Below are positions 46,928 through 57,200 of a stretch of DNA of 64,000 bases, in pieces. Below the pieces are notes generated by a model, which made no database searches, was not told the origin of the DNA, and saw nothing but the letters and a program-made list of their open reading frames with translations. Every line of letters begins with the position of its first letter. Within the stretch, counting starts at the first letter, position 1. The translations under genes were made by a program, and so were the position numbers. The stretch spans positions 192,001-256,000 of the forward strand of contig CAVTRC010000002.1 in NCBI GenBank assembly GCA_963737065.1, given 5' to 3'. Origin of the DNA: Candidatus Eremiobacteria bacterium (GTDB taxonomy: Bacteria > Vulcanimicrobiota > Vulcanimicrobiia > Vulcanimicrobiales > Vulcanimicrobiaceae).

Positions 46928-48967
46928 ATGGCTCACCTCGAGCTGCTCGGGCCTGTAGCGCGGATCGGACTAGCGATTCTCCTCAACGGCCTGTGGCAAG
47001 GCGCGCTCATCGCGTTGCTGACATGGGTCGCACTCTATGTTTTTCGCAGTGCGAATGCGACAACGCGATATGCGGTATGGTCGCTCGCCCTATTGGCGAT
47101 CTTCATCGTCCCCGTTGTCACGAGCCTCTCGCGCGTCAGTGTGGAAACTCCGCCGGTAACGACGCACGCAACGAGCGGCGCATCAACGACAACTGCGCAA
47201 GCTGCACGCGTCGCGCGCACCGTCAGCGCGGCACCCGAGACGCGCGTTGCGCCCGTTGCAGCACCGGCGGCAGCGCCGCACGTCGCCGTGCCGTCATTCC
47301 GCTTGCGCGTTCCCGGGCTCGTTGCCCCCGTACTCTTCGCTTTGTGGGGAGTCGCGACGCTCGTCATTATCGTTCGGTTGATCGTCGCGTTTGTGGCACT
47401 CGAACGGCTCAAGCACGATTCACTGCCGCTTTCCGTGCAGTATCGCGACTCAATGCCGCGATGGATGAACGCCCTCAAAGGATCGCGCGACGTGCGGATC
47501 TGCGTTTCCGATGCCATTGAAGTGCCGATCGCGGTCGGACTCTTCGACTCGATGGTGCTCCTGCCGTCGCACCTCGTACACTCGCTCGAGCCGTCGGAGA
47601 TCGATCAAATCAGCCTGCACGAACTCGGGCATTTGCTGCGCGGCGACGATTGGACGAATGCGATTCAACGCATTGCATCCGCGCTCTTGTTTTTCAATCC
47701 CGCGGTGTGGTTTATCTCGCGCCAAATGGACGTGGAACGCGAAGTCGCGTGCGACGACTATGTGCTGCAGTTGACCGGGCAAGTCCGTCCGTATGCGTTC
47801 TGTTTGACGAAGATGGCGGAAATGACCGCCTGGCCGCACCGGCCGATGCCCGCGCCGGGTGTCTTCGCAACGCGCAAGAACATTTCGATTCGCATCGAGC
47901 GCTTGTTGCGCACGGGACGCGCGATCGGCTCGAGCATTGCGCCGAGCGTTGCGGGGAGTTTCGTCGCGGTGCTCGTGGCGGTGTTTATCGTGCTGCGGCT
48001 CATGACGCCGAGCATCGCGTTTACCGCACCCGCCGCGCCCGACCCCGCAGCCTCACCGTCGCCGGTGCGGCCGATGGCGAAGGTTGCTGCTCCGCGAAAG
48101 ATTGCGGTGAAAGTCGAGGCGCCCCGTACCGCGTCCACGACCGCGCCCGTGACAACGGTTGCGCGGGTACAAGCGTTGCCGGCGCCCGTGCAGGCGACGC
48201 CTGCGCCGGCCGCTCCGGTGCATCGCACGACGCACAAGATGCCGCAGATCGCGACGCTGCCGCACATGATCGCGAGGGTTCAGAGCAGCATTCCCAGTTC
48301 GGGAACGCTTGCCGCAAGCGTGCAGAACGCCCTAAGCAACGCCGGCGTTGCGGGATCGCACGCAAAGAACAGCGCCGGATGCACCGGCTGCAACTTCTCC
48401 GATGCAAATCTGGCGGGACGTGACTTCTCGAATCGTTCGATGGAAGGCGCGAACTTCAAGAGTGCAAATCTCGAAGGCGCGCGGTTCGATCACGCGCAGC
48501 TCACAGGCGCGAACTTCGACGGTGCCGATCTTCGGAACGCCTCGTTCCGCGGCGCCGAGCTGCAAGGTTGTAACATGCGCGCTACTCGTCTCGAAGGCGC
48601 GAACTTCGACGGCGCGCACTTGACCGGTTGCAATATCGATGTGAGCAAATTGGCACCGACGCAGGCACGCACCGTCCTCAACAGTTGCGAAGGCTGCAAC
48701 TTTGCTCACGTTAATCTCTACGGCATGGATCTGCACGGCATTCACGTCACCGGCGTCAATTTCGCCGGCGCCGATTTGCGCAACACGAATCTCTCCGCCG
48801 CAGATCTCACCGGGGCCAATCTCGCCGGTGCGAAACTTGCCGGCGCCAACCTCTACAACGCCGACCTCACCGGCTGCAACCTCCACGGCGCCGATCTGCG
48901 CGGCGTCGACCTGTCGCACACGTCGCTCACCGGCGCGAACATGGGCGACGCGATCTGGAAAGACTGA
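46928..48967 (+). CDS. BlaR1-like M56 metallopeptidase with C-terminal pentapeptide-repeat domain
   Basis: TM helices, HELGHLLRGD, FFNPAVW, EREVACDD; then TM, Pro/Ala/Thr linker and A(N/D)L/F pentapeptide repeats with CxGC caps. Confidence 0.92.
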   Translation: MAHLELLGPVARIGLAILLNGLWQGALIALLTWVALYVFRSANATTRYAVWSLALLAIFIVPVVTSLSRVSVETPPVTTHATSGASTTTAQAARVARTVSAAPETRVAPVAAPAAAPHVAVPSFRLRVPGLVAPVLFALWGVATLVIIVRLIVAFVALERLKHDSLPLSVQYRDSMPRWMNALKGSRDVRICVSDAIEVPIAVGLFDSMVLLPSHLVHSLEPSEIDQISLHELGHLLRGDDWTNAIQRIASALLFFNPAVWFISRQMDVEREVACDDYVLQLTGQVRPYAFCLTKMAEMTAWPHRPMPAPGVFATRKNISIRIERLLRTGRAIGSSIAPSVAGSFVAVLVAVFIVLRLMTPSIAFTAPAAPDPAASPSPVRPMAKVAAPRKIAVKVEAPRTASTTAPVTTVARVQALPAPVQATPAPAAPVHRTTHKMPQIATLPHMIARVQSSIPSSGTLAASVQNALSNAGVAGSHAKNSAGCTGCNFSDANLAGRDFSNRSMEGANFKSANLEGARFDHAQLTGANFDGADLRNASFRGAELQGCNMRATRLEGANFDGAHLTGCNIDVSKLAPTQARTVLNSCEGCNFAHVNLYGMDLHGIHVTGVNFAGADLRNTNLSAADLTGANLAGAKLAGANLYNADLTGCNLHGADLRGVDLSHTSLTGANMGDAIWKD

Positions 48968-48984
48968 AGCGAGGAGCAAAACCG

Positions 48985-49773
48985 ATGAAACATCTTGCGC
49001 TTGCGCTTTGCGCGCTGGCTTTGTTATCGTACGCGCTCACCGGCGCCGTCCAGGCGAAACCCACGAACTGCATGGGCTGCAATTTCGCAAGCGCCGATCT
49101 GCAAGGACGCGACTTTTCGAACGTCGACTACGTCGGCGCGAACTTCACCGGCGCGAACCTTCGCAACGCAAACTTCAGCGGCTCCAACCTCACCGGCGCG
49201 AACTTCCGCGATGCCGACTTACGCGGAATAAACTTCACGAACGTCGACTGCACGGGTTGTGCCTTTGGCGGCGCGCGCTTGAGCGGTGCGCAATTCAAAG
49301 GGGCGCGATTGACCGGCGCAAATCTGAGCGGTGCGCTCCAAGGACTCAGCGATCAGGAATTGCGTGACATCCTCAACAACTGCACCGGTTGCAACCTGCG
49401 AGGCGCGCAATTGCGCGGGCACGACCTTTCAAACATCGAGGTGACCGGCGCAAATATGGAGGATGTCGATGCATCTTCTGCGCGGTTCACGAATGCACGG
49501 CTCATCGGCGCGAATTTTCGGGATGCGAACTTGCGCAATGCCGATTTTACCAACGCCGCGCTCTGCTGGCACAATACGTTCAACAGCGGCGGAACGGTGG
49601 CCAGGCGCGAGACCGAATGCGTGCGTCTTTCCGGCGCCGACGTACACGGCGCAAAATTTACCGGCGTCCGTCTCTGCGACAGCGATCGCGGTTCGTGGAC
49701 GTGTACTCCCGCCGACGCGTCGACGATTCGCCGGTACAGCGACTCATCGCTCGACGGAGCGGTTCTACAGTAA
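48985..49773 (+). CDS. secreted pentapeptide-repeat protein with CxGC motifs
   Basis: Signal peptide ending AVQA; CMGC, CTGC, CTGC; ANFTG/ANLRN repeats. Confidence 0.9.
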   Translation: MKHLALALCALALLSYALTGAVQAKPTNCMGCNFASADLQGRDFSNVDYVGANFTGANLRNANFSGSNLTGANFRDADLRGINFTNVDCTGCAFGGARLSGAQFKGARLTGANLSGALQGLSDQELRDILNNCTGCNLRGAQLRGHDLSNIEVTGANMEDVDASSARFTNARLIGANFRDANLRNADFTNAALCWHNTFNSGGTVARRETECVRLSGADVHGAKFTGVRLCDSDRGSWTCTPADASTIRRYSDSSLDGAVLQ

Positions 49774-49806
49774 CATGCAGGCGCGGTCTTGCGTTCACGT
49801 AATAGA

Positions 49807-50676
49807 ATGCAGACCATGCGCACTCCCCTCGCGGCGGCACTCATAGGTGCCTTCCTCGCTTGTATTGCTGCCGCTCCGGCGGCCCCGAAACCGTCTCCTT
49901 CACCCGCGCCTACGCGAACCGCTCCGCCGGAGATCTACCATACGGTCGTGCATCCGGTATGCAGCGCGCTTGCGGCGAAGATTCGTCCTGCGATTGGAAT
50001 GCTACTCGAAAACGATCAAATCATCGGCAAGAGCCCGGGGATGTTCAAAGAGTACGGCATGGCGCAATTCAACCAGAGCGACGCGCAAAAGAGCATGACC
50101 GTTTTGCACATGGAAAACTTGGTCACGCCGCTTGCCAACAACGTCCTCGCGATTCAAAAAATGCTCGAAGATCCGTCGGTCTTCCCGCCGAAGGCGCGCG
50201 ATCAGGAAGATCAGCGCACGTTGGATCTCAAGAACAAGCTGCTCCAGTCGCTTGCCGACCAGCAAGCTGCACTCGACATCATCAACGGGTTCGTCGAAAC
50301 CCAGCAATTGGCCGACATGCAGCACGAAGGTTTCGGCTACATCTATGCGATTGCCGGCCGCGAGCAAAGGACGAACACGGGCGGCGTGGATCCGCTGCAC
50401 AACATCTCCCCGACGGCCGATCCGCTTCATCCGCAACCGTTCGACGATACCGTGATCAACGCGGGCTTGCCGACGAATCCGTACGAAATCGATCTCACGC
50501 GCGTCCCGGGATTGACACTCGGCTACAATCCGGTGAAGGATTTGCAACAGGCCGTCGAGTGGGCGCAAAGCGACGGTCAGAAACATGAAGACACCCTTGC
50601 AAAGACGGTCGTGCAAACCGTGAAATTGTGCGGCGGTCAAACAGGCGCAGGCGCTTCTCCGTCCCCGAAACCGTAA
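49807..50676 (+). CDS. hypothetical secreted helical protein
   Basis: Signal-like N-terminus, Pro-rich linker, helical body; start at 49807 or 49816. Confidence 0.7.
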   Translation: MQTMRTPLAAALIGAFLACIAAAPAAPKPSPSPAPTRTAPPEIYHTVVHPVCSALAAKIRPAIGMLLENDQIIGKSPGMFKEYGMAQFNQSDAQKSMTVLHMENLVTPLANNVLAIQKMLEDPSVFPPKARDQEDQRTLDLKNKLLQSLADQQAALDIINGFVETQQLADMQHEGFGYIYAIAGREQRTNTGGVDPLHNISPTADPLHPQPFDDTVINAGLPTNPYEIDLTRVPGLTLGYNPVKDLQQAVEWAQSDGQKHEDTLAKTVVQTVKLCGGQTGAGASPSPKP

Positions 50677-51095
50677 CCCAGTCCCGTAAAGCGCATCAAC
50701 CCTTCGAACGGACCGTAGCTCGCGAAGGCATCCCGCCACAACGCGTGCGCGCGCGAAAGTGCATCGTCGCGTTCGTTCACGATCCGTCGCGTCGTGAGTG
50801 CCAAGCCTGAAACGGTTGCGAGCAACAGGTCACGATCGCGCCAATTGCCGAGCGCCTCTTGCAGTTGCGAAAGGCGGCTTGCGGCTTGGAGCAGCGACGG
50901 TTCCTTCGGCGTGAAGCGTTCGAGCGCGTAGCGCAATCGCGCGCATGCGATGCGAAAGTCATGCACCTCGCGCGCGCGGCGCGTCTGCAGTGCGGGTGCG
51001 AGTGTCAATAGCTCCGCAAAGCGAACGATTGCGATGCGGCGCATCGCATCATCGATGCCGCAGGCAACCGTCAGATCGATGTTGCGGGCCTTCAT
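50637..51095 (-). CDS. CHAD domain protein, C-terminal half
   Basis: VHDFRIACARLRYALE and LQEALGNWRD; ATG overlaps the upstream stop (ATGA). Confidence 0.75.
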   Translation of the reverse strand: MKARNIDLTVACGIDDAMRRIAIVRFAELLTLAPALQTRRAREVHDFRIACARLRYALERFTPKEPSLLQAASRLSQLQEALGNWRDRDLLLATVSGLALTTRRIVNERDDALSRAHALWRDAFASYGPFEGLMRFTGLGYGFGDGEAPAPV

Positions 51096-51475
51096 ACGGT
51101 ATACCGCAATCCGGTAAGCAAACGGCGGACGCGCGAAAAACAGGCGCGTTCGCGCGCGCAAAGTTCGGATAAGGTCGTACGCGCATCGCGCCGTTCGCGC
51201 GTATCGAGCGCCGAGCGCAACGTCTCGCGCAACACCGCGGCATCCCGCGCATCACTCGTGAGATCGATCAACCGGCGCAGACGTTTGAACCGCCGCGGCC
51301 GCAGGATGTCGCGGAAATCTTTGAAGAGCGAGCGCAGGCGACGCGCTGCCGTACGGAGCTCATGAAGACGCTTGGTGGACGGCCGTTTCAAAAAGCGCCG
51401 CCGTGCCTTCATAAAGACGCGGACCTCCGCTGCACCGAGGGTTTTCGCCCATGCAATGACGCGATCGTCCGCCAT
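51092..51475 (-). CDS. CHAD domain protein, N-terminal half
   Basis: LHELRTAARRLRS and ARDAAV. Confidence 0.75.
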   Translation of the reverse strand: MADDRVIAWAKTLGAAEVRVFMKARRRFLKRPSTKRLHELRTAARRLRSLFKDFRDILRPRRFKRLRRLIDLTSDARDAAVLRETLRSALDTRERRDARTTLSELCARERACFSRVRRLLTGLRYTV

Positions 51476-51518
51476 TATGCGGTTCAAAATTCTGCTCTTG
51501 AACGGTGATCCCCGGCGC

Positions 51519-51547
51519 TTGACATCGAACATATGTTCGATTAGGAT
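51519..51547 (+). promoter_or_regulatory. SOS promoter with LexA box (Gram-positive CGAAC-N4-GTTCG type)
   Basis: TTGACA-N17-TAGGAT with the perfect palindrome ATCGAACATATGTTCGAT (51524-41) filling the spacer. Confidence 0.92.
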
Positions 51548-51555
51548 GATCACCC

Positions 51556-52257
51556 ATGCTTCCCGCTACCGCCTTCCACGACCGCCGCAACCAGCTCTTC
51601 GAAGAGCTCAAAGAGCGTCTTCACGCGGCGCCGGGGGCGGTCGGCGTGGATGTCGATCGCCTCATTACGAGCGGGATCGCACCACTCGATTGTCTCCTAG
51701 GCGGCGGCTTTCCACTTGGATCGCTCGTGACGCTCGAGGGGCTGGGCAGTGCCGGTCGATGGAGCATCGCTGCGGCGCTGCTTGCCCAGGTGACACGCCG
51801 AAGCCTCGGCGCCGTTATCGACGACGGTGAACTGTATCCGCCCGCATTGGAAGATGCCGGCGTCCGTCTCGACCGCTTGCTGGTTATTCCCGCAAAAACG
51901 CCGGTGGGCATTGCCCGGGCCGTCGATGTGATCTTGCGCTCGCGCGCTGCTCGCGTCATTGTCATGCGTGCTCCGGCGTTACGTGCGGCTATGTGGACTC
52001 GTCTTGCAACCCTCGCTCATCGAGCGGGATCCGTCCTCGTCGTGATCGCCGGCCGCGCGGGTACAGAACTCGCCGGCGTGGCGACCGTTCGCCTGGGATG
52101 CATCTTCGAACGCGCGGTGATGCGCGGCTCGCGCGGGCTCTGGGGGTGTTTTTCCGGATTTACGCTGCGTGCGGAACTGCGCAAACACAAAGCCGCGCGG
52201 AGAGCCGGGGGAGCCGTTTCGCTTCGTTCAGCCTTTCTTAAACCCGTGGGCGCATGA
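51556..52257 (+). CDS. imuA: ImuA-like RecA-fold mutasome protein
   Basis: SGIAPLDCLLGGGFPLGSL, LYPPAL..AGVRLDRLLVI; degenerate Walker A; first gene of the cassette. Confidence 0.8.
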   Translation: MLPATAFHDRRNQLFEELKERLHAAPGAVGVDVDRLITSGIAPLDCLLGGGFPLGSLVTLEGLGSAGRWSIAAALLAQVTRRSLGAVIDDGELYPPALEDAGVRLDRLLVIPAKTPVGIARAVDVILRSRAARVIVMRAPALRAAMWTRLATLAHRAGSVLVVIAGRAGTELAGVATVRLGCIFERAVMRGSRGLWGCFSGFTLRAELRKHKAARRAGGAVSLRSAFLKPVGA

Positions 52258-53723
52258 ATCGCATGAATGAGGAAGTGGCGATGCTGATCTGCTTGCGCGT
52301 TCCCGACTATCCGTTGGCGGTTGCCCTCGGCGGCGCTCGCGTCTGCGAGGACGTTCCGTTGCTCGTCGCCGACCGGTTCGATCGCGGACATGTTATCGCG
52401 CTTGACGATCGTGCACGCGAATGCGGTGCGCGTGCTGGGCAAACGGTGACGCAAGCCGCAGCCGTTGCACCCAATGCGCGTGTCGCCGTCCACGATGCGG
52501 TTCGCGCGCGAGCGGTATGGAACGACGTGCTCGATGCGCTCGATGCGGTAACGCCGCTGATCGACGACGTGCGCGAAGGTATCGCGTTTCTCGACATGCG
52601 CGGGATCGCCGGATCGTTTAACGATTGGGTCGTGCAGATTCATAGCATTCTCGATCGCTTCGATCTGCCGATTCGCACGGGTGCCGGTCCCAACCGGTTT
52701 TGCGCGTATGCAGCAAGTTGGATTGGCGATGCAACCGCGATCGAACCGGGAGAGGAGGCGTCGCGGTTGGCGCCGTTGCCGCTCGACGTGCTCGATGTCG
52801 ATCCGCATGCGCACGAGCGATTGCGTTTACTCGGCCTCTCGACGCTTGGAGAACTTGCGCGCTTGCCGCACGGACCGTTCGTACGCCGCTTCGGACGCGC
52901 CGCGGCGCAGTGGCATGAGTGGGCGCGCGGCATCGACCGCACGCCGTTCATTCCGCGCAGCCATGCGGTAGCGATCGAAGCGTCGATGTTTGGTGAAGGG
53001 TCGGCGGAGAGCGAAGAGGCGGTGCTCTTCGCGATGCGCGTGCTGCTCTCTCGGATTTGCCATGATTTGGAACGGTGCGGCAAACGCGCAAGCGCGCTCG
53101 ATCTCGAAATCGAACTGGAGAACGGACACAACGAACGCCTGGAAATTCTCCTTGCGGCGCCGACTGCGAACGACCGCGCAATGCTCGACGTCGTGCGAGC
53201 TAAAATGGAAGGGCTGACGTTCGATGCGCCGCTCTGCGGACTGCGGCTACGCGCGCTCCGCTTAGAAGAGGGAGGCGAAGCGCTGCCGCTCGTGCGCAAC
53301 GACGATATCGACGTCCAAAACGTTGCCGTCGTCCTCGCGCGTCTGGAAGCGCTGCTCGGTGAACCGGTTCGTCGCGCGCGCACGCGCGCCGCGTATCCCG
53401 TCGAAGAACGCTTCACCTACGAACCGTTTACCGTTCCGAAACTACGAGAAGCGTATTCAGCATTGGTAGTAAACGAAAGCGCGGCCGTACCGCAATTGCG
53501 GCTCATGGACGTAACGGAGGTCGACGTGTCGGTTGCGCGCGGGGAGCCGTCTGTTATCAACGGACACGCGGTCGTTGAATGTGCCGGCCCGTGGCGGATC
53601 GACGAAGCATGGTTCACATCGCCGGTGACGCGGGACGAATACGACGTTGTTCTTGACGACGGCAGCGTGCGGCGTATCTACCGCCAAGGCAATCACTGGT
53701 ATCTGCGGGGCTCGTATGATTGA
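52254..53723 (+). CDS. imuB: ImuB, catalytically inactive Y-family polymerase
   Basis: A..CGARAGQTV.QA, LAPLPL, LGLSTLGELARLP, C-terminal GPWRID..W...RDEY. Confidence 0.88.
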   Translation: MNRMNEEVAMLICLRVPDYPLAVALGGARVCEDVPLLVADRFDRGHVIALDDRARECGARAGQTVTQAAAVAPNARVAVHDAVRARAVWNDVLDALDAVTPLIDDVREGIAFLDMRGIAGSFNDWVVQIHSILDRFDLPIRTGAGPNRFCAYAASWIGDATAIEPGEEASRLAPLPLDVLDVDPHAHERLRLLGLSTLGELARLPHGPFVRRFGRAAAQWHEWARGIDRTPFIPRSHAVAIEASMFGEGSAESEEAVLFAMRVLLSRICHDLERCGKRASALDLEIELENGHNERLEILLAAPTANDRAMLDVVRAKMEGLTFDAPLCGLRLRALRLEEGGEALPLVRNDDIDVQNVAVVLARLEALLGEPVRRARTRAAYPVEERFTYEPFTVPKLREAYSALVVNESAAVPQLRLMDVTEVDVSVARGEPSVINGHAVVECAGPWRIDEAWFTSPVTRDEYDVVLDDGSVRRIYRQGNHWYLRGSYD

Positions 53724-54222
53724 AGTAGCGCAAACCTCCTGTGAAACGTTCCAGCGCGTCGCGTCGGCGTGGCTGCGCAGCGGTGAGATTACGCGCACGA
53801 ACCATTTGCTCTCGCCCCTCGAAGAACTTGCCGGCTTCAATTACGGCTTTGTCTACTTGCTCGAATTGCGCGATGGAAATTCCCGGGCTCCCCAATTTCA
53901 CACCGTGAAATTGGGGTTCTCGGAGCATCCGATGCGGCGCATACGCGAGATCAAAGCGAACTACCGGTACGGCACGCATCTACGCTTGCGCGCGTGCTTT
54001 GTCGGCGAGCCGCGGATGGAACGCGACATGCACAAGCGCTTCACGCATCTGCGGGTGCAGAACGAACAATTTCTCGCTTCGGCCGCGATCGACGATGCGT
54101 TTGCGCAGGAACGCGACCGCGTCCGCGCGCGCCTGCGCTCGCTTCATCTCTGCACGCACGAATGCGCTCAACTCGTCAAGAATCTCGACCTGCGCATGCT
54201 CTGCACGTGGCTACGCCGTTAA
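53716..54222 (+). CDS. T5orf172/Mug113-like GIY-YIG nuclease-fold protein
   Basis: GFVYLL...VKLGFS..P.RR...MERDMHKRF..LRVQNEQF. Confidence 0.75.
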   Translation: MIEVAQTSCETFQRVASAWLRSGEITRTNHLLSPLEELAGFNYGFVYLLELRDGNSRAPQFHTVKLGFSEHPMRRIREIKANYRYGTHLRLRACFVGEPRMERDMHKRFTHLRVQNEQFLASAAIDDAFAQERDRVRARLRSLHLCTHECAQLVKNLDLRMLCTWLRR

Positions 54223-54237
54223 TACCACGTTCTAGAT

Positions 54238-57200
54238 GTGGCACTAAACTACGCGGAACTGCACTGCTGGTCGAACTTCACCTTTCTCGAAGGCGCATCG
54301 CATCCCGAAGAACTTGTTGAACGAGCCTGCGAGCTGGGGTTACGCGCGCTTGCGTTGACCGATCGCGACGGGCTCTACGGCAGCGTGCGCTTTGCAGCGG
54401 CTGCGCGGCGCGCCGGGCTCGATGCGATCATCGGCGCGGAATTAACCTTCGAAGATAAAACGCATGCGGTCATTCTTGTCGAAAACGCGCGGGGCTATGC
54501 TAACTGCTGTGAGTTGATCTCGACGGCGCAAATGCGCGGAAGTAAAGGTGACGCGCGTTTGCGGATCGAGGACTTCGACGGCCGTAGCGACGGAATCATC
54601 CTGCTGACGCGCACGCTTGACGCCGAGCGCGCGTCAATCTTGCTCGGGCTCTTCCGCGAACGTTGCTATCTTGAGCTGCAGCAGCATCTTACCGTAGAAG
54701 ATGCCGCGATGAACGAAGCGTTGATCGCGCTCGCGCGCCGCTTGAAAATGCCGTACGTCGCGACGAACGCCGTCGCGTACGCGCGGCGCGAGGAGGCGCC
54801 GCTTGCCGACGTGCTTTCGTGCGTGAAAGAAACGATTACGCTCGAACAAGCACGCGCTCAGCATCGCTTGAGGCCGAACGCCGAATACTATTTGAAGCGC
54901 GCCGCAGCAATGCGCAAACTCTTTGCGGCACACCCTGAAGCGATCGATGCGACGCTCGCGATTGCACAACGCTGCGCGTTCCGCCTTGAGCGTCTTGTCG
55001 GGCAGTTTCCGCTCTTCCCGGTCGCGGACGGCTACACGCGCCAGACGTATTTGCGCGAACTCGTCTATAAAGGCGCCGTCGATCGCTACGGCGCGCCGAT
55101 CGCATCGAACGTCGAACGCCAGCTTGAGTACGAACTCGGCATCATCGCCAAGATGGATCTCGCCGGATACTTCCTCATCGTGTGGGATATCGTTCAAGCC
55201 GCAAACCGCTTCGCCGTGTTGTGTCAAGGACGAGGTTCGGCCGCAAACTCCGCCGTCTGCTATGCGCTCGGCATCACGGCCGTGGATCCCATCGGCATGA
55301 ATTTGCTCTTCGAGCGGTTTATGTCGGAAGAACGTCAGGAAATTCCGGACATCGATATCGACTTCGCACATCAAGACCGCGAACAAGTTATCCAGTATAT
55401 TTACGAGCGCTATGGCCGCAGCAATGCCGCGATGGCCGCGGAAGTGGTTACGTTCCGCACGCGCTCGGCGCTGCGCGATGTCGGCAAAGCGCTCGGCTTG
55501 ACACTTGCGCAAGTCGATGCAGTTGTGCGCGAATTCGATGCGCGCGAATCACTTGCCGGCGCAACCGGACAACCGGATCTCGTCTCAACGGAACAACCGC
55601 AATCGGTGCAAAAGCGCCGCGATCTCGATACCGGTTCAAATGCGCGCGCGTCGCGACTGGAGCCCGGACAAACCGATCGGTATTTGTACGGCTTTCGCGG
55701 CCAAGACTACGGCGCGGATCCCGATCCGGCGATTGCTGCGCCGGTCAGCGGCATTCTCGGTGAGCGGCTGTACGCGTTTTGCCGCCGCATCGACGGGTTT
55801 CCGCGCCACATGGGCATTCATTCCGGCGGCATGGTGATCACTCGCGATCCGCTGGTCCGCGTCGCGCCCGTCGAATGGGCAACGATGAAAGACCGCACGA
55901 TCATTCAGTGGGACAAAGACGATCTCCAGGAACTCGGCCTGATCAAAATCGATTTGCTCGGCCTCGGGATGCTCTCGCTCTTGCGCGAAGCATTTTCATT
56001 ACACGAACGGTACGTCACATCGTGTCATGGCGAGCAGAAGCCCCGTGTCATCCTGCGCCGAAGTCCTGAGCTTGCCGAAGGGCTGTCGAAGGATCGCGTC
56101 GCACGTCTGGCTCTTCACACGATCCCATCCGACGACAAACGCACGTATGAAATGATCTCCCGCGCCGACACGATCGGCGTCTTCCAAATCGAATCACGCG
56201 CGCAGCAATCGATGCTGCCGCGGATGAAACCCGCGTGTTTCTACGACATCGTCATGCAAGTCGCGATCATTCGCCCGGGTCCCATTCAAGGACAAATGAT
56301 CCATCCGTTCCTGCGCCGCCGTTCGGGAATGGAACCGGTCGCGTACCCGCATCCTAAACTGAAGCCGGTCCTCGAACGTACGTTGGGCGTGCCGCTCTTT
56401 CAAGAACAAGGGATGCGCATGGCGATCGAAGCGGCCGGTTTTACGCCGGGCGAAGCGGACAAGTTGCGCCGCGCGATGGGCCACAAACGCTCGCACGAAC
56501 GAATGCGCGAGATTTATCCGAAGCTGATCGAAGGCATGGTTGCGAACGGCATCGACCGTACCGCCGCCGAGCAACTCTTCCACATGCTCGAAGGATTCGC
56601 GGATTACGGCTTTCCGGAATCGCACGCGGCGAGCTTTGCATTACTCGCCTATGCGTCGGCATACGTCAAATGTCACTATCCGGCGATCTTCGGCGCGGCA
56701 ATTTTAAACGTGCAGCCGATGGGATTTTATTCGACGGAAGTGCTGGTGAACGACGCACGGCGGCACGGCGTCACGATCAAATCGGTTGAAGTCAACGCGA
56801 GCGAGTATTGGTCGTTCGTCGAGCCCGATGGCAGTTTGCGCCTCGGGTTCCATCTCGTGCGCGGACTCGGTGAAGGACAAAAGGAGCGACTGGAGGAGGC
56901 GTTACGCGGCGGGACGTTTACGGATTTGCTCGAGTTCGCGAAGCGCACGCAGCTTGAAAAAGAAGCGATTGAGAATCTTGCCGTGGCCGGCGCGTTTTCG
57001 CCGTGGTACCGCTCGCGGCGCGAGGCAATGTGGGCATTGCGCGCGCTCGACGAACGCGAGGCGCGCGGTGAGCTCGGGCGTTTGATGGATATGGAGGAGC
57101 CCGAGGCGACGTTCAAAGCGCTTGCGCCCAAACAAGAGACGGCATTCGATTTATGGTCGACCGGCGTCACGACCCGCGGTCAGGCGGTCGAACATTTCCG

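Noticed and set aside
46928..48967. Beta-lactam resistance (blaR1) or Qnr quinolone resistance call
   Set aside because: No penicillin-binding sensor domain or beta-lactamase nearby; the repeats are predicted to be extracytoplasmic, unlike Qnr.
55545..56100. Intein in dnaE2
   Set aside because: The inserts are too short and lack splice-junction residues.
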